Below, piece by piece: positions 45,337-56,254 of a DNA stretch of 64,000 nt. Under the pieces are notes generated by a model, which had not been told where the DNA came from, made no database searches, and was given only the letters and a program-made list of their open reading frames with translations. Each line of letters opens with the position of its first letter. Position 1 is the stretch's first letter. The translations under genes and the position numbers were made by a program. Source of the stretch: Sphingobacteriia bacterium (GTDB lineage: Bacteria; Bacteroidota; Bacteroidia; Bacteroidales; UBA7960); the NCBI GenBank assembly GCA_011390785.1, contig JAABRR010000008.1, forward strand, positions 8,258 to 72,257, given 5' to 3'.

Positions 45337-47403
45337 TCAGGTTAACTCATAATATTGCGATTTGAAATAATTGTAGATCTCTAACTGCGAATGCACAGGC
45401 ATCTCACCATCAAGGGGTACTTTGTACTGATTCAAGGTTTCCTGGCCCAAAAGTCTTGCTTTCTGATTATCGCGCCATTGAATATCCAAGATGGTTTGCA
45501 GTTCAGCTTTTAGATTTTCATCCCAAACTGGCACTCCTACTTCAATACGGTGGTCAAGGTTACGAGCCATAAGATCTGCTGATGTAAGATAATAGCGAGG
45601 TTTGCCTGCGTTATGAAACACAAATATCCTGGAATGCTCCAGATAGCGATCAACAATACTAACGGCTTTAATATTATCACTTACACCTGCTATTTCTGGA
45701 ATCATAACACAAATTCCCCTGATAATTAATTTGAACTTTACCCCTGATTTTGAAGCTGCATATATTTTCTTTACCAGCGATTCATCTACCAGCGAGTTCA
45801 ACTTCATTGTAACTTCAGCCTTTTCTCCTTTGCGGGCGTTTGCAATCTCATTGTTTATCATTTGGGTAATAAAATTGCGTGTTCGAAACGGGGAAACGAT
45901 AAGTGTTCTGAAATTGACGGGAGCAAGGTAAGTCTTTTCAAAGAGATTGAAAACATTTTCAATCTCAACCGTAATCTTTGGATTGGCAGTTAGCAGGCTG
46001 GTATCAACATATATACGACTTGTAGTTTCGTTAAAGTTACCTGTGCCAATATTGGCGTATAGCACTTTTTTACGCCCCTCTTTACGCTCAATGAGGATAA
46101 GTTTAGAATGTACTTTTAAACCAGCGGTTCCATGAATAATTTCTACCCCTTCTTCCTGAAGTTTTTCAGACCAGTAAATATTTGCCTGCTCATCAAAGCG
46201 AGCCTGCAATTCAAGATAAACTGTAACTTCTTTTCCGTTACGTGCCGCATTAACAAGAGCGTTTACCACCCTGGAGTCTTTGGCTACACGATAAAGTGTC
46301 ATTTTAATAGCCTTAACCTTCGGGTCTATAGATGCTTCGCGCAAAAGATCAATAATATACTGGAAAGATTGATAAGGGAAGTGCAGCATAATATCTTTTT
46401 CCCGGATGGAAGAAATTATACTTTTTGCCCCTGAAAGATCTCTATGGGGTAAAGGTGGGGTTGGAGTAAATTCAAGGTGCATCCCCCCCACATTAGGAAA
46501 CTTCATAAAGTCTTTAAAATTATGATAACGGCCTGCCTTCATCACATTATCTTTACCCGAAATTTTCAGCTTATCCATAACCAGCCTCAGCAAAGAATCA
46601 GGCATTAAACCATCATAAACAAACCGCACGGGACGCCCCTTCTTTCTTTGTTTAAGGCTCTCGCTCATTCTTACCATCAGGCTTTTGGAAACATCATTAT
46701 CAATTTCCATTTCGGCATCGCGGGTCAATTTTATGGTATATGCTTCAAACTCATCATAATCAAATACCGAAAAAATATCGGCAAGATTATACCTGATTAC
46801 ATCATCGAGAAGGATAATAAAGTTCTTATCGTCCTTCTTTGGCAGGATTAAAAAACGTGACAATACCGAAGTGGGAACTTTTATAAGGGCTTGATTATCT
46901 TTAATGGATTTATCCTTTTTCTTAAGTAAAACAGCCAGATAAATCGATTTATCGCGTAATGAAGATGATTTTCTAAGATTCTTCATCATGATAGGAAAAA
47001 GATTGGGGCGAACCTGGTCCCTAAAATATTGTCTTACAAAACTTCCCTGGTCATCAGTAAGCTGTTGCTCACTGATAAGAAAAATATTCTCCTGTTCCAG
47101 CTCTTTAAGTATCTGATCATAAATAACAAGGAAGCGTTGCTGTAGCGCATAATCAATTTTGGTTATTTTATTCAGTATTTTTACCGGAGAATCTTTTAAA
47201 GTAATTTCAGAATCAGGAAAATCAACCAGTCGGCGCCATGTAGCTACCCTAACCCTGAAAAATTCATCAAGATTATTGGAAAAAATGCCCAGAAATCGCA
47301 TTCTCTCTACTAGGGGGACTCTGGTATCAGATGCTTCCTGCAAAACCCTTTCGTTAAAAGAGAGCCAACTTATTTCGCGGTTAATAATCGATGCCCTTTT
47401 CAT
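45337..47403 (-). CDS. ppk1: Polyphosphate kinase 1
   Basis: 688 aa. N-terminus INREISWLSFNERVLQEA and the two PLD-like HxK regions (VHSKLILIE) are typical of PPK1. Confidence 0.93.
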   Translation of the reverse strand: MKRASIINREISWLSFNERVLQEASDTRVPLVERMRFLGIFSNNLDEFFRVRVATWRRLVDFPDSEITLKDSPVKILNKITKIDYALQQRFLVIYDQILKELEQENIFLISEQQLTDDQGSFVRQYFRDQVRPNLFPIMMKNLRKSSSLRDKSIYLAVLLKKKDKSIKDNQALIKVPTSVLSRFLILPKKDDKNFIILLDDVIRYNLADIFSVFDYDEFEAYTIKLTRDAEMEIDNDVSKSLMVRMSESLKQRKKGRPVRFVYDGLMPDSLLRLVMDKLKISGKDNVMKAGRYHNFKDFMKFPNVGGMHLEFTPTPPLPHRDLSGAKSIISSIREKDIMLHFPYQSFQYIIDLLREASIDPKVKAIKMTLYRVAKDSRVVNALVNAARNGKEVTVYLELQARFDEQANIYWSEKLQEEGVEIIHGTAGLKVHSKLILIERKEGRKKVLYANIGTGNFNETTSRIYVDTSLLTANPKITVEIENVFNLFEKTYLAPVNFRTLIVSPFRTRNFITQMINNEIANARKGEKAEVTMKLNSLVDESLVKKIYAASKSGVKFKLIIRGICVMIPEIAGVSDNIKAVSIVDRYLEHSRIFVFHNAGKPRYYLTSADLMARNLDHRIEVGVPVWDENLKAELQTILDIQWRDNQKARLLGQETLNQYKVPLDGEMPVHSQLEIYNYFKSQYYELT

Positions 47404-47576
47404 GTACTTATTTTTAACAAATGTTGATATGATATAATTTGATTCGTTGCAGGCTAAATATTATTAAGAATCAGTATTGTGCTGAACTGAATCTAAAACT
47501 CAATAACGCTTCAATCTAATTAGGTAAAAAAACAATTTCCAAAAGCGAAACAGTATTCATGGTTTGCTTGAAAGAG

Positions 47577-48068
47577 TTATAAATTTTTAGGACTAATCAC
47601 AAACTCTATTTCCCATTTTACCTGAAAAATATCTGTCCATTTATCCGTTTTAAATCTAACGCAAACAACTCCTGTAGTAGGCATATAGTCAATTTTTTGC
47701 TCCAGAAAAAGATTGGCAAAATTGGTAATATCGGGGTTATGTCCTACCAATATAACTTCATTAAAAGAATCATTTAATCCTAAAACAAGATTTTCGAGCG
47801 CATCTGTACCGGCAAAATAAATACTTTCATCTAAAATAATATGTTCAGGGATATAATTAAGTTTTGCGGCAAGAATTTTAGCTGTTTCAAGGGCTCTTAC
47901 AGCATGACTTGAAACAATGAGATCAGGTTGTACTTTTTTATTTACAAGATATCCTGCAACCTTTTTTGTTCTTTTTATGCCTTTTTCCAATAATGGCCGC
48001 TCATAGTCCTGAAAGGCCATGTTTTCCCATGATGATTTGCCGTGCCTGATCAGATATAGTGTTTTCAT
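47577..48068 (-). CDS. Histidine phosphatase family protein (SixA-like)
   Basis: 163 aa. RHG catalytic motif LYLIRHGKSSW and a downstream SSHAVRALET/GHNP pattern. Confidence 0.75.
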   Translation of the reverse strand: MKTLYLIRHGKSSWENMAFQDYERPLLEKGIKRTKKVAGYLVNKKVQPDLIVSSHAVRALETAKILAAKLNYIPEHIILDESIYFAGTDALENLVLGLNDSFNEVILVGHNPDITNFANLFLEQKIDYMPTTGVVCVRFKTDKWTDIFQVKWEIEFVISPKNL

Positions 48069-48414
48069 AAGCTTATAATTTGATTAAATTGGTCAGATAG
48101 CTGTGTGTTAATAATATTGTCATGGTTCGGTTCATCTCATTATGTTTTTAAACAAAAGAATTGAAAGCTGATCACACTTTTAGAAATTTTGTAATATCGA
48201 TACATTCAGTTTTCTATCAAAATCCATTCTAACAAAATATTCCATAAATCTAATTTATTTAATTTACTGATAGAATGAAAATTGCATACAATATAAGCTT
48301 TCAGTAGCTTCCGGGGTAGTAGTTCATGCAAAATTAATAATAAATTAAAGTGTGTTTATGTTTAAAAATGCTCAATATTTTACATATATCCAAGTAAAAA
48401 CTTTATAATAGATC

Positions 48415-48441
48415 AAAAAAGGCTTTGCCTAATGCAAAGCC
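48415..48441 (-). terminator. Intrinsic terminator downstream of glyA
   Basis: Stem ggctttgc/gcaaagcc with a 5-nt loop, followed on the minus strand by T6 (plus-strand A-run 48415-48420). Confidence 0.7.
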
Positions 48442-48472
48442 TTATAAACCAGTATTATTGATCTCCATAATC

Positions 48473-49753
48473 TTACCAACCAAATAATGGAAACTGACCC
48501 ATTAGATCATTCACATCTTTCCTAACTTTATTTATTATTTCTTCATTATCAATGTTGCTGATTACCCGGTTGATAAAGTCAACAATTTGTAGTACATGAT
48601 CTTCTTTTAAACCACGTGTGGTAACTGCTGGAGTCCCAATACGAATGCCTGATGTTTGAAATGGAGACCGACTATCAAAAGGCACCATGTTTTTATTGAT
48701 GGTAATATCAGCTTTAACCAGGGTATTTTCAACCTTTTTCCCGCTTATTTCAGGAAATTTTGATCTTAGATCGATAAGCATAAGATGGTTATCCGTACCA
48801 TCAGAAATAACATGATACCCCTTATCAATAAAAGCCTTTGCCATTGCCTGAGCATTCTTCATAACCTGCTTGCTGTACTCAATAAATGATGGGGAAAGAT
48901 CTTCGCCAAAAGCCACAGCTTTAGCAGCAATTATATGCTCAAGCGGACCACCCTGCGTTCCCGGAAAAACAGCCGAATCGAGCATTTGCGACATAAGTTT
49001 GATCTCACCTTTGAGAGTTTTAACTCCCCAGGGGTTCTCAAAATCTTTGCCTATCAGAATCAAGCCTCCCCTGGGCCCACGAAGGGTTTTGTGAGTTGTG
49101 GTAGTAATAATATGACAATGGGGCAAAGGATCATTCAATAATTTGGCAGCAATAAGACCGGCAGGATGAGCAATATCTGCCATAAGGATAGCTCCAACAG
49201 AGTCGGCTATAGAACGCATGCGGGCAAAATCCCAATCGCGTGAATAGGCTGAAGCACCGGCAATAATCATCTTCGGTTTTTCTGCAAGTGCTGTTTTTTC
49301 CATTTTATCATAATCAATTGTTCCATCTTCTTCTTTTACAGTATAAGCTACCGGGCGGTAAAGAATACCTGAAAGATTAACCGGAGCACCGTGCGAAAGG
49401 TGGCCCCCATGGCTCAAATCCAATCCCATAAAAGTATCACCAGGTTGCAGGCATGCAAGAAAAACCGCAGCGTTTGCCTGGGCGCCGCTATGTGGCTGCA
49501 CATTGGCCCATTCTGCACCAAAAAGCTCTTTTGCCCGATCTATAGCCAATTGTTCTGTCTGATCAACAATCTGACAACCTCCATAATATCTTTTACCGGG
49601 ATAGCCTTCTGCATATTTATTGGTTAAAACACTGCCCATAGCTTCCATTACCTGTTCGCTAACAAAATTTTCTGAAGCAATAAGCTCAACACCATGTAAT
49701 TGACGCTGCTTTTCCTGTTCTATCAGGTCGAATATCTTTTGATCTCTTTCCAT
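48473..49753 (-). CDS. glyA: Serine hydroxymethyltransferase
   Basis: 426 aa. [10 protein letters not shown], and a PLP-lysine region [14 protein letters not shown]. Confidence 0.96.
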   Translation of the reverse strand: MERDQKIFDLIEQEKQRQLHGVELIASENFVSEQVMEAMGSVLTNKYAEGYPGKRYYGGCQIVDQTEQLAIDRAKELFGAEWANVQPHSGAQANAAVFLACLQPGDTFMGLDLSHGGHLSHGAPVNLSGILYRPVAYTVKEEDGTIDYDKMEKTALAEKPKMIIAGASAYSRDWDFARMRSIADSVGAILMADIAHPAGLIAAKLLNDPLPHCHIITTTTHKTLRGPRGGLILIGKDFENPWGVKTLKGEIKLMSQMLDSAVFPGTQGGPLEHIIAAKAVAFGEDLSPSFIEYSKQVMKNAQAMAKAFIDKGYHVISDGTDNHLMLIDLRSKFPEISGKKVENTLVKADITINKNMVPFDSRSPFQTSGIRIGTPAVTTRGLKEDHVLQIVDFINRVISNIDNEEIINKVRKDVNDLMGQFPLFGW

Positions 49754-49811
49754 AAAAATGTATTAGATTGTATTTTTTACTCTATTGAAAAATAAGCACT
49801 TAAAATATCGG

Positions 49812-49819
49812 CAAAATTA
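49812..49819 (-). promoter_or_regulatory. -7 promoter box for glyA
   Basis: Minus-strand taattttg, about 58 nt upstream of ATG 49753. Confidence 0.4.
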
Positions 49820-49873
49820 GCAATAATTTTATTTAAAGCATTGTAAAGCTTATCCTATAACATCAAAAAATCC

Positions 49874-49881
49874 TATATTTG
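49874..49881 (+). promoter_or_regulatory. -7 promoter box for the S9 peptidase gene
   Basis: tatatttg, 130-150 nt upstream of the candidate starts. Confidence 0.3.
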
Positions 49882-50028
49882 TTCCCCTGAAAAGTATAGG
49901 AAAATACGATCAATTATCCGATTATATAACAAAGTCTTTTACATTTTGGTTTATCAGCAGAGGTAAATTATTATACTTGCTGCAATACACATACTTAGTC
50001 AATTATTTAAATGTTAATTTTATTAAAA

Positions 50029-52632
50029 ATGAAGCGTAAATTATTGTTTGCAGTGCTATTAACTTTAACCATTATCAGTAAAGGTATTTCTGGTGAGAAA
50101 CTCGTAATCTCAACCTGGTTAAAATCTGAAACACATACAGTTATTTTACCGGTTTTCGCTAAAACCGAAAATACCAGCGGAGAGACTTTTAAAATATCAG
50201 AGCTTTTAAATTTTGATCAGGCAGATATATCTGAGCATTTCCCAATCGAAAACAAAGAATTGGGTTATTTCAATAATGAACGATTATCGTGGATGCAAGA
50301 TATAAGTGATTCAAGCGGTTTTATTTTTCCGAAAGATGATTCGACAAGCCAAAATCCCCAGATTGCTTACCTGGCAGTTTACATTAACGCAGACCGTTTC
50401 TTAAAAACTTCCCTTGAGATTAAAAGCGCCCATATGCTTCGGGTTTGGATAAATGGCGAGCCCATTGGTAGCAAAACAACCGTTGAACAGCAAGAAAATA
50501 CTGTTGGAAAGGTATCAAAAGACCTAACCTTAACCCGTGGCAAACATCTTTTATTGATTAAAACACTTAAAACACCCGAAGCAAGTCTTGCCTGGAAAAT
50601 TATGGCCAACCTTGAAATTAAAGAACCTTTCAACATTTCCGATCTGGCTATTGAAACCCATCCTAAAACAAGAAAGCATATTGATCATATCCTGGAAGGA
50701 GTAAAAATATCCAATATACAGCCATCGCAAGACGGAAAATACTATATCGTGAGTTATTCAAGGGCATTGCCATCAGATCAGTATGAAAGATGGAGTGAAA
50801 TAAGACTAACTACTGACAGAAAGCTGCTCCATAGTTTCAGGCATGCCCGCATAAGCCAGATTAAGTGGTTACCTAACAGCAACCGGATATCTTACATAAA
50901 TAGTTCCAGTGGAAAATCTACTTTGTTTCTGTTGGATTTTCTTACCGGTGAGATCAATGAGCTGATGAAGGACATGGAAAAACTTTCGGGCTATACCTGG
51001 GCTCCCAATGAAGAATTTATTGTTTACAGTAAAACCGAAGAAGGAAGCAGCACCGAAACAGACATAAGACAAGTACTGGGTATGGAGGACAGACAGGGTT
51101 CTTTTAGAAGCAGGAGTTTTTTATATTATTATAATGCGAATTCAGGCTATCATAAGCGCCTTACCTTTGGAAATCTGACCACATCATTGCAAGATATTAG
51201 TCCCAACAGTAAAAAGATAATATTTAGTCAGAGCTATCCAGACTACACCCAACGCCCTTTTTCTCTTCAGAATATGTTTATACTCGACCTTGAGAATTAT
51301 TTTCTGGATACACTGTGGATGGATGAGCCGTGGGGCCTTAGTGTAAAGTTCTCGCCTGATGGAAAAAAACTTTTGGCAACTGGCACTCCTGAAAGTTTCG
51401 GAGGTATTGGCAAAAATGTTCCAGCAGATATGATCGCCAATACTTCTGACAGACAAGGATATATATACGATCTTAACACAAAGGAGATAACAGCATTCAC
51501 CCGAAATTTTGCTCCATCATTAGGTTCTGTCTATTGGCATGTCCCCGATAATATGATTTACATGATTACCACCGATAAAGATTTCAGAACCTTATACAAG
51601 TACAATCCAGAAAAACAAGAGATTCGAAAAGTTGATCTGGGTGTAGATTACCTCAATTCTTTTAGTCTGGCCAGAAATACACACAGTGCCATTGCTACAG
51701 CATCACAATCCAATCAACCGGAAAAGCACTTTACAGTAAATTTAAGAAACCTCAAAACTGAAGTCATTGAAAACACAGAAGAGAAGATCTATCAATATGT
51801 TGAATTTGGGGAAGTAAAAGACTGGAATTTCACTACAAAAGCAGGACAGGAGATAATTGGCAGGGTATATTATCCACCGGGTTTTGACAGGGAGAAAACC
51901 TACCCGGCCATTGTTTATTATTATGCCGGCACAACTCCTGTTGGGCGAACTTTCGCAGGCAGATATCCTTTCAACCTTTGGGCCGGTAACGATTATATTG
52001 TTTATGTGTTACAGCCCAGTGGCGCCATAGGTTTTGGACAAGAGTTTTCAGCTGCCCATGTAAATAACTGGGGTATTACCGTTGCCGACGAAATTATTGA
52101 AGGCACCCAGAAATTCCTTAATTCCCATCCTTTTGTTAACAAAGAAAAGGTGGGTTGTGCAGGAGCATCGTACGGAGGTTTTATGACAATGCTGTTATTA
52201 ACTCGTACCGATATATTTGCTGCAGCCATTTCGCATGCCGGCATTAGTTCTATTTCAAGCTACTGGGGAGAAGGGTATTGGGGCTACTCCTACAGCTCAT
52301 CTGCTTCTGCCAACAGCTACCCCTGGAATAACAAGGAACTTTATGTAGAACAAAGTCCGCTTTTCCATGCGGATAAAATACAAACACCGCTGCTATTGCT
52401 TACCGGCGACAGTGACACTAATGTTCCTCCGGGTGAAAGCATACAACTCTATACTGCATTAAAAATTCTGGATCGACCGGTTGAATTGGTTATGATAAAA
52501 GACCAGGACCACCATATTCTTGCAACCAGCAAGCGCAGACAATGGAATAACGTAATTATGGCATGGTGGGATAAGTATTTGAAAGACCAGAATGAATGGT
52601 GGGAAGACCAGTTTCCAGCAAATAATTACTGA
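50029..52632 (+). CDS. S9-family serine peptidase (prolyl oligopeptidase/DPP type) with N-terminal extra domain and beta-propeller
   Basis: Nucleophile motif GCAGASYGGFMT and C-terminal D/H region (GDSDTNV, DQDHHI). Signal peptide MKRKLLFAVLLTLTIIS from ATG 50029. The ORF track starts 18 nt earlier at 50011. Confidence 0.85.
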   Translation: MKRKLLFAVLLTLTIISKGISGEKLVISTWLKSETHTVILPVFAKTENTSGETFKISELLNFDQADISEHFPIENKELGYFNNERLSWMQDISDSSGFIFPKDDSTSQNPQIAYLAVYINADRFLKTSLEIKSAHMLRVWINGEPIGSKTTVEQQENTVGKVSKDLTLTRGKHLLLIKTLKTPEASLAWKIMANLEIKEPFNISDLAIETHPKTRKHIDHILEGVKISNIQPSQDGKYYIVSYSRALPSDQYERWSEIRLTTDRKLLHSFRHARISQIKWLPNSNRISYINSSSGKSTLFLLDFLTGEINELMKDMEKLSGYTWAPNEEFIVYSKTEEGSSTETDIRQVLGMEDRQGSFRSRSFLYYYNANSGYHKRLTFGNLTTSLQDISPNSKKIIFSQSYPDYTQRPFSLQNMFILDLENYFLDTLWMDEPWGLSVKFSPDGKKLLATGTPESFGGIGKNVPADMIANTSDRQGYIYDLNTKEITAFTRNFAPSLGSVYWHVPDNMIYMITTDKDFRTLYKYNPEKQEIRKVDLGVDYLNSFSLARNTHSAIATASQSNQPEKHFTVNLRNLKTEVIENTEEKIYQYVEFGEVKDWNFTTKAGQEIIGRVYYPPGFDREKTYPAIVYYYAGTTPVGRTFAGRYPFNLWAGNDYIVYVLQPSGAIGFGQEFSAAHVNNWGITVADEIIEGTQKFLNSHPFVNKEKVGCAGASYGGFMTMLLLTRTDIFAAAISHAGISSISSYWGEGYWGYSYSSSASANSYPWNNKELYVEQSPLFHADKIQTPLLLLTGDSDTNVPPGESIQLYTALKILDRPVELVMIKDQDHHILATSKRRQWNNVIMAWWDKYLKDQNEWWEDQFPANNY

Positions 52633-52756
52633 TCATTTCAATTATTAAGCAAAAAAACTGCATTTTAAAAAGCAACAAAAATAATCGTTAATTTCTCATT
52701 ATCAATATTTTGCTTTAAATCGATGTAAAAATGAGTTGATATTAACATTTAATTTT

Positions 52757-52764
52757 TATCTTTG
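52757..52764 (+). promoter_or_regulatory. -7 promoter box for ompH
   Basis: tatctttg, about 100 nt upstream of ATG 52865. Confidence 0.35.
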
Positions 52765-52864
52765 TGCCCCGAAAAAAGGCACGGTTGTTGAAATATTGCT
52801 GCCAGAATCTTTGAATCTCTTTATTTACAGAATGAATTAATACTTAAACTCAAAAATTAACGCA

Positions 52865-53374
52865 ATGAAAAACTTATTTCGCATTTCATTACTCATGGTA
52901 TTCCTGATGGGAATTAATGCCAACGTATTCTCACAGGCAAAATTTGGCCATATTGATTCAAGTGCCTTACTGGGCCAAATGCCCGGCAGGGATAGTGCAC
53001 AGGTAAAATTAGAAAATTTTGCCCGCGAACTCGAAACTACTTTTACAGCCTTGCAATCTGAGTTTCAAACCAAATACCAGAGCTTTCTGGAAAATCAGGA
53101 GACCATGTCACAATTGATCCGCCAGACCAAAGAAAGAGAACTGGTTAGCTTACAGGAGAGGATTACTGAGTTTCAAGAATCAGCGCAGCAGGAAATTGCC
53201 CAAAAGGAAAACGAACTATTATCACCCATTGTTGAGCAGGCAAGGCAAGCCATTAGTGATGTAGCCAAGGAAAACGGATACACCTACGTATTTGATTCAA
53301 GCAGCGGTGTATTGCTTCACTCTGAACCATCAGATAATCTTATGGAGCTGGTAAAAACAAAATTAGGAATTTAA
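52865..53374 (+). CDS. OmpH/Skp-family periplasmic chaperone
   Basis: 169 aa. Signal peptide, then a Q/E-rich coiled-coil core and a C-terminal GYTYVFD motif typical of OmpH. Confidence 0.82.
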   Translation: MKNLFRISLLMVFLMGINANVFSQAKFGHIDSSALLGQMPGRDSAQVKLENFARELETTFTALQSEFQTKYQSFLENQETMSQLIRQTKERELVSLQERITEFQESAQQEIAQKENELLSPIVEQARQAISDVAKENGYTYVFDSSSGVLLHSEPSDNLMELVKTKLGI

Positions 53375-53393
53375 TACATTCCTGGCATAAGAG

Positions 53394-53429
53394 AAAAAGC
53401 CACCCTAACTTATGTTAAGGTGGCTTTTT
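53394..53429. terminator. Bidirectional terminator between ompH and the convergent gamma-CA-like gene
   Basis: Arms aaaaagccacc / ggtggcttttt (11 bp, including the A/T runs) around a 14-nt loop. Confidence 0.7.
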
Positions 53430-53447
53430 CTATGGCATGCAAACCTA

Positions 53448-53975
53448 TTATCTTGAATCTTCATCTTTATACCACCCGGAGTATTTAATGTAATTATTTG
53501 ATATCCGATCGAGCAAATGCCTGGTAAGTTCAGGATTGATCGATTTGATTTTTTTGGCAGGAATTCCTCCATAAACACTTCCCGGCTCAATCACCGTATT
53601 CTCCAGCACTACGGATCCTGCTGCAACAATTGAGTTTTTTCCTACTCTTGCATTATCCATAACAATTGCTCCCATACCTATAAGTACATTGTCTTCAATA
53701 GTACAACCATGCACAATTGCATTATGGGCAATGGATACATTATTACCAATATTTGTTGGAGCCGTTTCAAAGGTACCATGAATTATGGCACCATCCTGGA
53801 TATTTACTCTGTTTCCTATTCTAATATAGTTTACATCACCTCGCACTACAGCATTAAACCAAATACTGCATTGATCGCCCATGGTTACATCGCCTGTTAT
53901 TGTAGCATTCTCCGCTAAAAAGGTATCAGCCCCAAACTGGGGTTTAAAGCCGCGAACTGTTTTTATTAAAGCCAT
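53448..53975 (-). CDS. Gamma-carbonic-anhydrase-like left-handed beta-helix (hexapeptide repeat) protein
   Basis: 175 aa. Hexapeptide repeats, the VRGDVNYIRIG motif and the HG..IGNNVSIAHNAIVHGC histidines are typical of the YrdA/PaaY family. Confidence 0.82.
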   Translation of the reverse strand: MALIKTVRGFKPQFGADTFLAENATITGDVTMGDQCSIWFNAVVRGDVNYIRIGNRVNIQDGAIIHGTFETAPTNIGNNVSIAHNAIVHGCTIEDNVLIGMGAIVMDNARVGKNSIVAAGSVVLENTVIEPGSVYGGIPAKKIKSINPELTRHLLDRISNNYIKYSGWYKDEDSR

Positions 53976-54082
53976 AAGAATTAGGTTTTGGATATTTTTA
54001 ATATGTTCAACTAATCATTCCTGAACAAAGAACATTTTAAATACGGTCTTGTTTATTTTGTCAATTATAAAAACCCTATCAG

Positions 54083-54838
54083 ATGTCAATTGCAAGACTA
54101 AAAAATACACCCTACAACCGCGATGCCTTGTATCTGATACTTAGCAGCGTATTTCTTACAGCCCTCGTTTTAGGAAACTTAATCGGTACCACCAAATTTA
54201 TTCATCTTTTTACTATTACAATACCAGGCTGGTTCCTACCCATTGTTCCCGAACTAATAAGAACGGGAAATCAATATTCTATGATTGTTCCGGCAGGATT
54301 ATTGGCTTTCCCGGCCACATTTTTGGCAACTGACCTCATTTCGGAATTATTTGGCAGAAAAAAAGCCCAGTTACTGGTATGGGTTGGTTTGGGTGTAAAC
54401 ATCTTCATGCTTATTATTATGATTACCACTTATCATTTACCCAATGCTGATGGTATAAGCGGAGGGTTGTATTTATTTGACGGGATATACGGTTATATGA
54501 TAGGTAACACCATTGCCAGCATGATAGCTTATTTAACAGCACAAACTATTGATGTAAGATTGTTTCACTTTTACAAGAAAAAAACCAAAGGGAAATATCT
54601 ATGGCTGAGAAATAATGCATCTACCATGACTAGCCAGCTGGTAGACTCTACTGCTATAATGAGTATTCTTTATTTTTCCGGGAATTTAGGCGAGAATGTT
54701 ACCGGTCTTTCGGCACTTGGCATATTGATTATAAACGCTTATATATTTAAGTTTTTTGCTGCCTTACTAGACACTCCTATTATTTATGCAGTAGTAGCCT
54801 GGCTGAAAGATTTTGACGAAGATCCACTACAAACCTAG
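54083..54838 (+). CDS. Queuosine-precursor transporter (YhhQ/VUT, DUF165 family)
   Basis: 251 aa polytopic membrane protein with [16 protein letters not shown] and a later QLVDS motif characteristic of the family (from memory). Confidence 0.7.
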   Translation: MSIARLKNTPYNRDALYLILSSVFLTALVLGNLIGTTKFIHLFTITIPGWFLPIVPELIRTGNQYSMIVPAGLLAFPATFLATDLISELFGRKKAQLLVWVGLGVNIFMLIIMITTYHLPNADGISGGLYLFDGIYGYMIGNTIASMIAYLTAQTIDVRLFHFYKKKTKGKYLWLRNNASTMTSQLVDSTAIMSILYFSGNLGENVTGLSALGILIINAYIFKFFAALLDTPIIYAVVAWLKDFDEDPLQT

Positions 54839-56182
54839 TAGCAATTCTTCCTGACTTTTACCTGGCGATAGCATAGAAACCGGATTTTCAAGAAATTCTT
54901 TCACTTTCACAAGAAAACCTACCGATTCCTTCCCATCAATCACACGGTGATCATAAGAGAGAGCAATATACATTATAGGGCGTATTTCGACCTTACCGTT
55001 CAAAGCAACAGGTCTTTCTACAATATTATGCATACCCAGGATTGCACTTTGCGGTGGATTAATGATAGGGGTGGAAAGCATAGAGCCAAAAACACCTCCG
55101 TTGGTAATACTGAAAGTACCTCCGGTAAGCTCTTCAATGGTTATTTTATTATCTCTGGCTTTTTTGGCCAGGTTTGCAATCACTTCTTCCAGTTCAAACA
55201 GACTTTTGCTCTCAGCATTTCTGATAACAGGAACCATAAGACCTTTAGGGGTGCTCACGGCAATACCTATATCTGCATAATCAGGGATGATAATATGGCC
55301 ATCTTCTATTTGCCCGTTTACCTTCGGAAAGGATTGTATAGCAGAAGTAACTGCTTTTGCAAAAAAGGACATAAATCCGGGTTTAATTCCATATTTCTTA
55401 AAAAATTGGTCTTTATATTTTGACCGCAGTTCCATCACAGCCGACATATCCACTTCATTAAAAGTGGTGAGCATAGCTGTTTCATTCTTTACAGCAACCA
55501 AACGCTCGGCAATTTTCTTTCTCAGGGTGGTCATTTTCACCTTTTCAACTTCCCGGCTACCTTTCCATTGGGATGCAAACTCAGATTCTTGAGGGGCTGA
55601 TTTTCCCCCTACATCTTTGGCAGTATAACTTGCTATGGCCAATAGCACATCTTTCTTCGTGATCCTTTTATTTTCAGGATTTCCCAGAGCCTTATCAATA
55701 TCCACATCCATTTCATCCAGCATTTTACGGGCTTGCGGACTAATTGTAAAGCCTGTTTCGGTACCATTCATTTCAGATTTTGATATGGAATCGGCAGCTA
55801 TCTTATCTGAAGATTGATCTTCATTTTTAACATCCGAATTATCTTCCTTTTTACTATCGACTGGTTGAACAGCTTCTTCATTATCCCCGACAGGTAAATC
55901 ATTATCCTTTTCAACATCTTTGCTTTCTGAACTTTTCGCTTCTTCCTGAACAGAGGTATCTATCTGACCAATTAATTTCCCCGGCTCAATGGTACTTCCT
56001 TCATCAATAATGATTTTTAGCTTACCAGCTGCATCAGCATTTATGGTAAGTGTTGCTTTATCCGAATCAATTTCTGCAATTTCCTGATCTTTTGAAACAA
56101 ATTCCCCATCTTCGGCCAGCCACCTGGCTAATTCTACCTGGGTTATTGATTCTCCTGCTGATGGTACTCTGATATCAATCAT
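54827..56182 (-). CDS. sucB: 2-oxoglutarate dehydrogenase E2, dihydrolipoyllysine-residue succinyltransferase
   Basis: 451 aa. Lipoyl domain ([11 protein letters not shown]), E/D-rich linker, E3-binding domain and catalytic domain with SYDHRVIDG. Confidence 0.92.
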   Translation of the reverse strand: MIDIRVPSAGESITQVELARWLAEDGEFVSKDQEIAEIDSDKATLTINADAAGKLKIIIDEGSTIEPGKLIGQIDTSVQEEAKSSESKDVEKDNDLPVGDNEEAVQPVDSKKEDNSDVKNEDQSSDKIAADSISKSEMNGTETGFTISPQARKMLDEMDVDIDKALGNPENKRITKKDVLLAIASYTAKDVGGKSAPQESEFASQWKGSREVEKVKMTTLRKKIAERLVAVKNETAMLTTFNEVDMSAVMELRSKYKDQFFKKYGIKPGFMSFFAKAVTSAIQSFPKVNGQIEDGHIIIPDYADIGIAVSTPKGLMVPVIRNAESKSLFELEEVIANLAKKARDNKITIEELTGGTFSITNGGVFGSMLSTPIINPPQSAILGMHNIVERPVALNGKVEIRPIMYIALSYDHRVIDGKESVGFLVKVKEFLENPVSMLSPGKSQEELLLGL

Positions 56183-56254
56183 AAAATGCTTTTATTGTAG
56201 TTTGAAAAATTCGGATTCCTTATTCTTGAAAAAAAAGATGAAAGATAAATAATT

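Noticed and set aside
48069-48472. 404-bp AT-rich gap between glyA and the SixA-like gene, considered as a possible RNA gene or mobile remnant
   Set aside because: Apart from the glyA terminator (48415-48441) and one distal TAnnTTTG match (48329-48336), I saw no repeats, no structured GC-rich segments and no ORFs. There is nothing supportable to call.
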